A stretch of DNA of 64,000 nt from Neoechinorhynchus agilis. Taxonomy: Eukaryota; Animalia; Acanthocephala. The stretch spans positions 5,889,489 through 5,953,488 of the forward strand of contig CM121342.1 in NCBI GenBank assembly GCA_051530055.1, given 5' to 3'. Position 1 is the first letter of the stretch. Every line of letters starts with the position of its first letter. The notes beneath the pieces were generated by a model that saw nothing but the letters and a program-made list of their open reading frames with translations, was not told the origin of the DNA and did no database searches. A program made the translations under genes and the position numbers. Shown here piece by piece: positions 60,485 to 64,000 of this stretch.

Positions 60485-60785
60485 TTCGTCGTTCGTTAGA
60501 GATCGTTGCTTGATCACTCAAATAAGTATCGATAGATACGAACTGGCCCTTTTTCCATTACTTTTGTAATTTATCACCTGATTGAACATTGTTTTCTTTA
60601 GTTTGAGCATTTCTCTTTCAACAACACATGGCACTCATTTGTAAACTCAAGCTTCAGTGATTTCTTTGAACGTATCGGATTTCATCGTCTCCCAATACAC
60701 AAAAAAATTAACTAAATCTCTACGCGTTTTTTCTTCGTAAAAACCCCGATCACTTTTAGACAAAAACTTCGAAAAAAAGGTGCAT

Positions 60786-63481
60786 TTATTTGACTCTTTT
60801 GGAAAAACTTACATTTCCAGGGCTGATAATGACGGCTGCACCAGCAGCAGGAGGAGGTGGTGCCATTCTCGAAGACAAACTGATCCGCCATAGACCGTCT
60901 TTTGCTTCTGCAGTATTGGTTCGACGATTGTTTGGAGAAAAACAATCAGCTAACGGAAACAGATTCTGAAGCCTCGTATTGATTTTCACTTTCAATTGAT
61001 CAGTAAGTGCAGACGACGATGAAATCGAACCATTGATAAACTCTTTCACACGTCTCTAAACAGCGAATTCAAAGATCTTTTTTTCAAGGTATGCAAAGGG
61101 TGCTCTATAAATTCGAAACAAAAAAATCCTATCTAATCCGGGGAGTATGGAGTAAAAGAATTACTTCCCCATTAGAAGGAATGAAATATATCTACGAATT
61201 CGACTGTGTGCATAGTAAATTCGCTTTTTGATCGCGAGACCATAGAGTATCCTGATCCAATAAATCGATTAGACTTTCCTTGTTTTCGTCACTTTGACCA
61301 TTGTTTTGATTCAACAACCACTGTCTAGTAATAAGACAAGAAAAGAACGTCCTTTGAACGGAATCGGATTGTTTCAGATATTTCTCATTATAGGTTAATA
61401 GAGCGTCAACGGTACAATGATCTATACCTTCATCCACCATTAGATCGGACTTTATTTTAAGAAGAAAACTCGTTAGCTGGTCCGTTTGGCTTACATGGTC
61501 GTCACATGCCATCAAAAGGAATCTAACGATACAATCGTGAAGATGGTAAGAATCGGTAGAATAGTGTTTAAAACAATGTTTTAATCGATAGATACATTTA
61601 TAGGCCAAAAGGAACTTTTGTCTCGCTAAATGAAATCGGAACAAAAGCCAACAGAGTTCTGTGTCCATGGAACAACAGTTCAGTAGATCTTTTCCGACAA
61701 CAAAAACTTCAGCGTCCTTTAAAGGTTGTTTTGTTTGTTCGAGTTCGAATGGATTTTGAGTATTGGTGAACCGGCCATGTTCATCCATATCGTATGTGTC
61801 CGATGAACTCTTCGGAGGATTCGGAGGAATAAGTGATCCGGAATTCGACTGCTGTTGTTGCTTTAAAACAGCCTTTTTCTTTTTTCTCTCAAGTTTCCGT
61901 TGCTCAGCTGCACTCATGTTCTCATCGTTGACGAGTTCATCAGTAAACCGGGACTCGTTGTCCAACTTCTCCTTGAGGCTAAGATATATGGTCAATGCGA
62001 TTTTAACTACCTTCATGTAAGTGTCCGTGCCGTTAATGTGGTCTTCAAATCGCAAAAGCTTCACATACGAACATAGGTTCAAACGTCTTAGAGCAAACAT
62101 AATCCATTTGAAGTTGACTTTCACTAATTTATTTGAAGGCCGCAAAATAAATTTGAAATGATTTTAAACTGCCGATTGTTTTTTGAAAATGGCAATTTAA
62201 AAAATCTAATTTTTCTATACCACATAAAATAAACCACTAATTGGTTTTTCCGATATTTCATCTCTTGGCTCCCGAATTTTAGTGGGACTTTTCTATAAAA
62301 TTGACCCAAATGGATTGAATTTGCAATAGGCAATAAGAATGGAAATCGTATTGATTATCGAAGAATCGGTCGTGCATTAGACGAAGATCATGGCAATAAA
62401 ACAAAGCTCTACCATATTCTTGTAATTGTGAATACATTGTGGCACATTGTTCAAGATACCAAAGACAATGTAAATGTCGCATATAATCCTCAATAGTACC
62501 CGTTTCCCTACAAAATGGTCTAATCAATTCATCGGCTTCTGATCGCATTCCACACTTTAAGAGCAACTGAACGCACTTTGTGTTCAAATACCGATCGGCA
62601 GTATCGAGACTTTGTGCCGTCATAAGAACGTCCAATGCAGCTCTGTAAGCACCGATTGATTGCAGAACATCAGCTTTTGCCTCTAAAGACTCAATAAAAG
62701 TTGGAGTGTGCGATATGACTTCATTGAGTTCTTTAAGTGCTTCCTCAAAGTTATCCATGAGTTGTGCGTGAAGAAGACGGGTTCTTGCATGAACAGCAGG
62801 ATCCTGAACTTCACTTAACAACTCACGAACGATTTCAGCCGCTTGTTCACGAACCACCGAACCACAATCCGTGATTATCTCGCCAATTGCCGGTGATCCA
62901 CGTTCAAGGTAACTACGGATAAAATGACGAATACGGTTCTTGCGTGAGTCCGAGTCGGGATCATGTCTAATCATGAACACTTTAAGACTCAAGGAAGCTT
63001 TATCGTCTTGAGCGACGTTAAGAATGGATTTGTAGAGGTTTGAAGGTAATAGACCGCATGCCATGTCCGGATAACGAGACACGAGGCGAGAAATACACTC
63101 GCTATCTTCACCATCCGTTAAATCGAGCTTGATCCGAAGAAACTCACATTCGTTGCGAATTCGATGCTCGTTCTCTTTCAAGTGTTCCAATGCATCAACT
63201 TTCGGCATACTCTCACGAATTATCATGTTTTCGTAAAGAACGAGCTCACTGTCTTCGACGGCAGTCAGTTTAGGATCCAACTTTATTCCTTGGAATAGTC
63301 TCAGGATCTCAAGAGCTTCAAAATGCTCACCACAGAGATGACATGCAAGGGCGTATCCGATCCATGAAGCTCGCTGATTTGGTCGAAGCATGAGCATGTT
63401 GTGCCGAGTCCGTTTGAAAGACTCGAAATCACGGAGATGAACTTGAACGTTTGATAAATCACGAAGAATCGTAAAGTTCTC
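60786..63481 (-). CDS. NAA15: N-alpha-acetyltransferase 15, NatA auxiliary subunit; 3' exons only, 5' exons lie beyond the window
   Basis: ILRDLS.VQVHLRDFE...RPNQRASWIGYA, TPTFIE, SLDTADRYLNTKC, QYDFHSYC, SYVKLLRFED, terminal LFP.A.CF exon. Confidence 0.92.
62091..62326. mobile_element. 236-bp TIR element (MITE) with TA target duplication, forming an NAA15 intron
   Basis: TA at 62089-62090 and 62327-62328; ends gagcaaacataatccatttg and caaatggattgaatttgcaa are 15/20 inverted matches; precise removal restores YCLRRLN. Confidence 0.75.
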
Positions 63482-63583
63482 CTAAAAAATTTGAGAAGTA
63501 ACAAAAAATTTAAAGAATTTTGAAAAGGTTTCAACATATAAACCAGTGTTTAAATGTAGCCAATTAAAACCATGGAAAACCTG

Positions 63584-64000
63584 ATTTTCTTTTTTTAACA
63601 TCATTTGAGCTCTACAAATCCATATTCTAACTCGAGTCCTAAAAAGGAATTTCTTCACTCTTAAATAAGAGTTTGACATGAAAAACCAATTTTTTTTGGA
63701 TAAATTCAATGGAGAAACCCAATCTTCTCACGATTGCAAGATGCTTCAATCCAAAAAACACTTAAAACCCCAACTTTTTTAAAAGTAATTTGACGAGGTT
63801 TTCTTTTTTTAACATCATTTGAGCTCCACAAGTCCATAGAATGCTATCTCGAGTCGTAAAGAATTTCTTCATTCTTAAATAAGAGTTTGACATGAAAAAC
63901 CAAATTTTTTTGGATAAATTCAATGGAGAAACCCAATCTTCTCACGATTGCAAGTTGCTTCAATCTAAAAAAACTTAAAACCCCAACTTTTTTAAAAGTA
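63584..64000. repeat. Tandem ~217-bp repeat inside an NAA15 intron, runs off the window end
   Basis: ttttcttttttaacatcatttgagctc...aaaccccaactttttaaaagta present twice. Confidence 0.85.

Overview
AT-rich, compact eukaryotic genomic DNA with canonical GT-AG introns mostly 43-56 nt long. A Zic gene with the HTG/EKPF intron plus a peptide-type GPCR point to a bilaterian invertebrate; the species cannot be determined from the sequence alone. Host genes: Bax inhibitor-1, jagunal, TIPIN, an ETH/TRH-receptor-like GPCR, flightless-I, a cyclophilin, Zic, intron-containing tRNA-Ile(UAU), a bacterial-type YbaY/YscW-domain secreted protein, a Kelch protein with a 26-aa charged repeat tail, NAA15 and a few hypotheticals. 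These are mixed with decayed CRE, CR1/L2-like and RTE LINEs, Gypsy fragments, a tandem TRIM and several satellites. The most striking unexplained signal is a high density of hammerhead-ribozyme (HHR) motifs, all identified by eye and untested: (1) a tRNA-headed SINE whose HHR strands occur in a non-circularly permuted order, with copies at 4.6, 12.7, 49.0 and 52.1 kb; (2) a 2-kb inverted double array of ~150-bp monomers, each carrying a minimal type I HHR (retrozyme/Penelope-like); (3) further inverted HHR pairs and two satellites apparently built from degenerate HHR monomers. A TA-flanked TIR element sits in the NAA15 reading frame and can be removed in frame as an intron (introner candidate). 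Boundaries of decayed elements are approximate.
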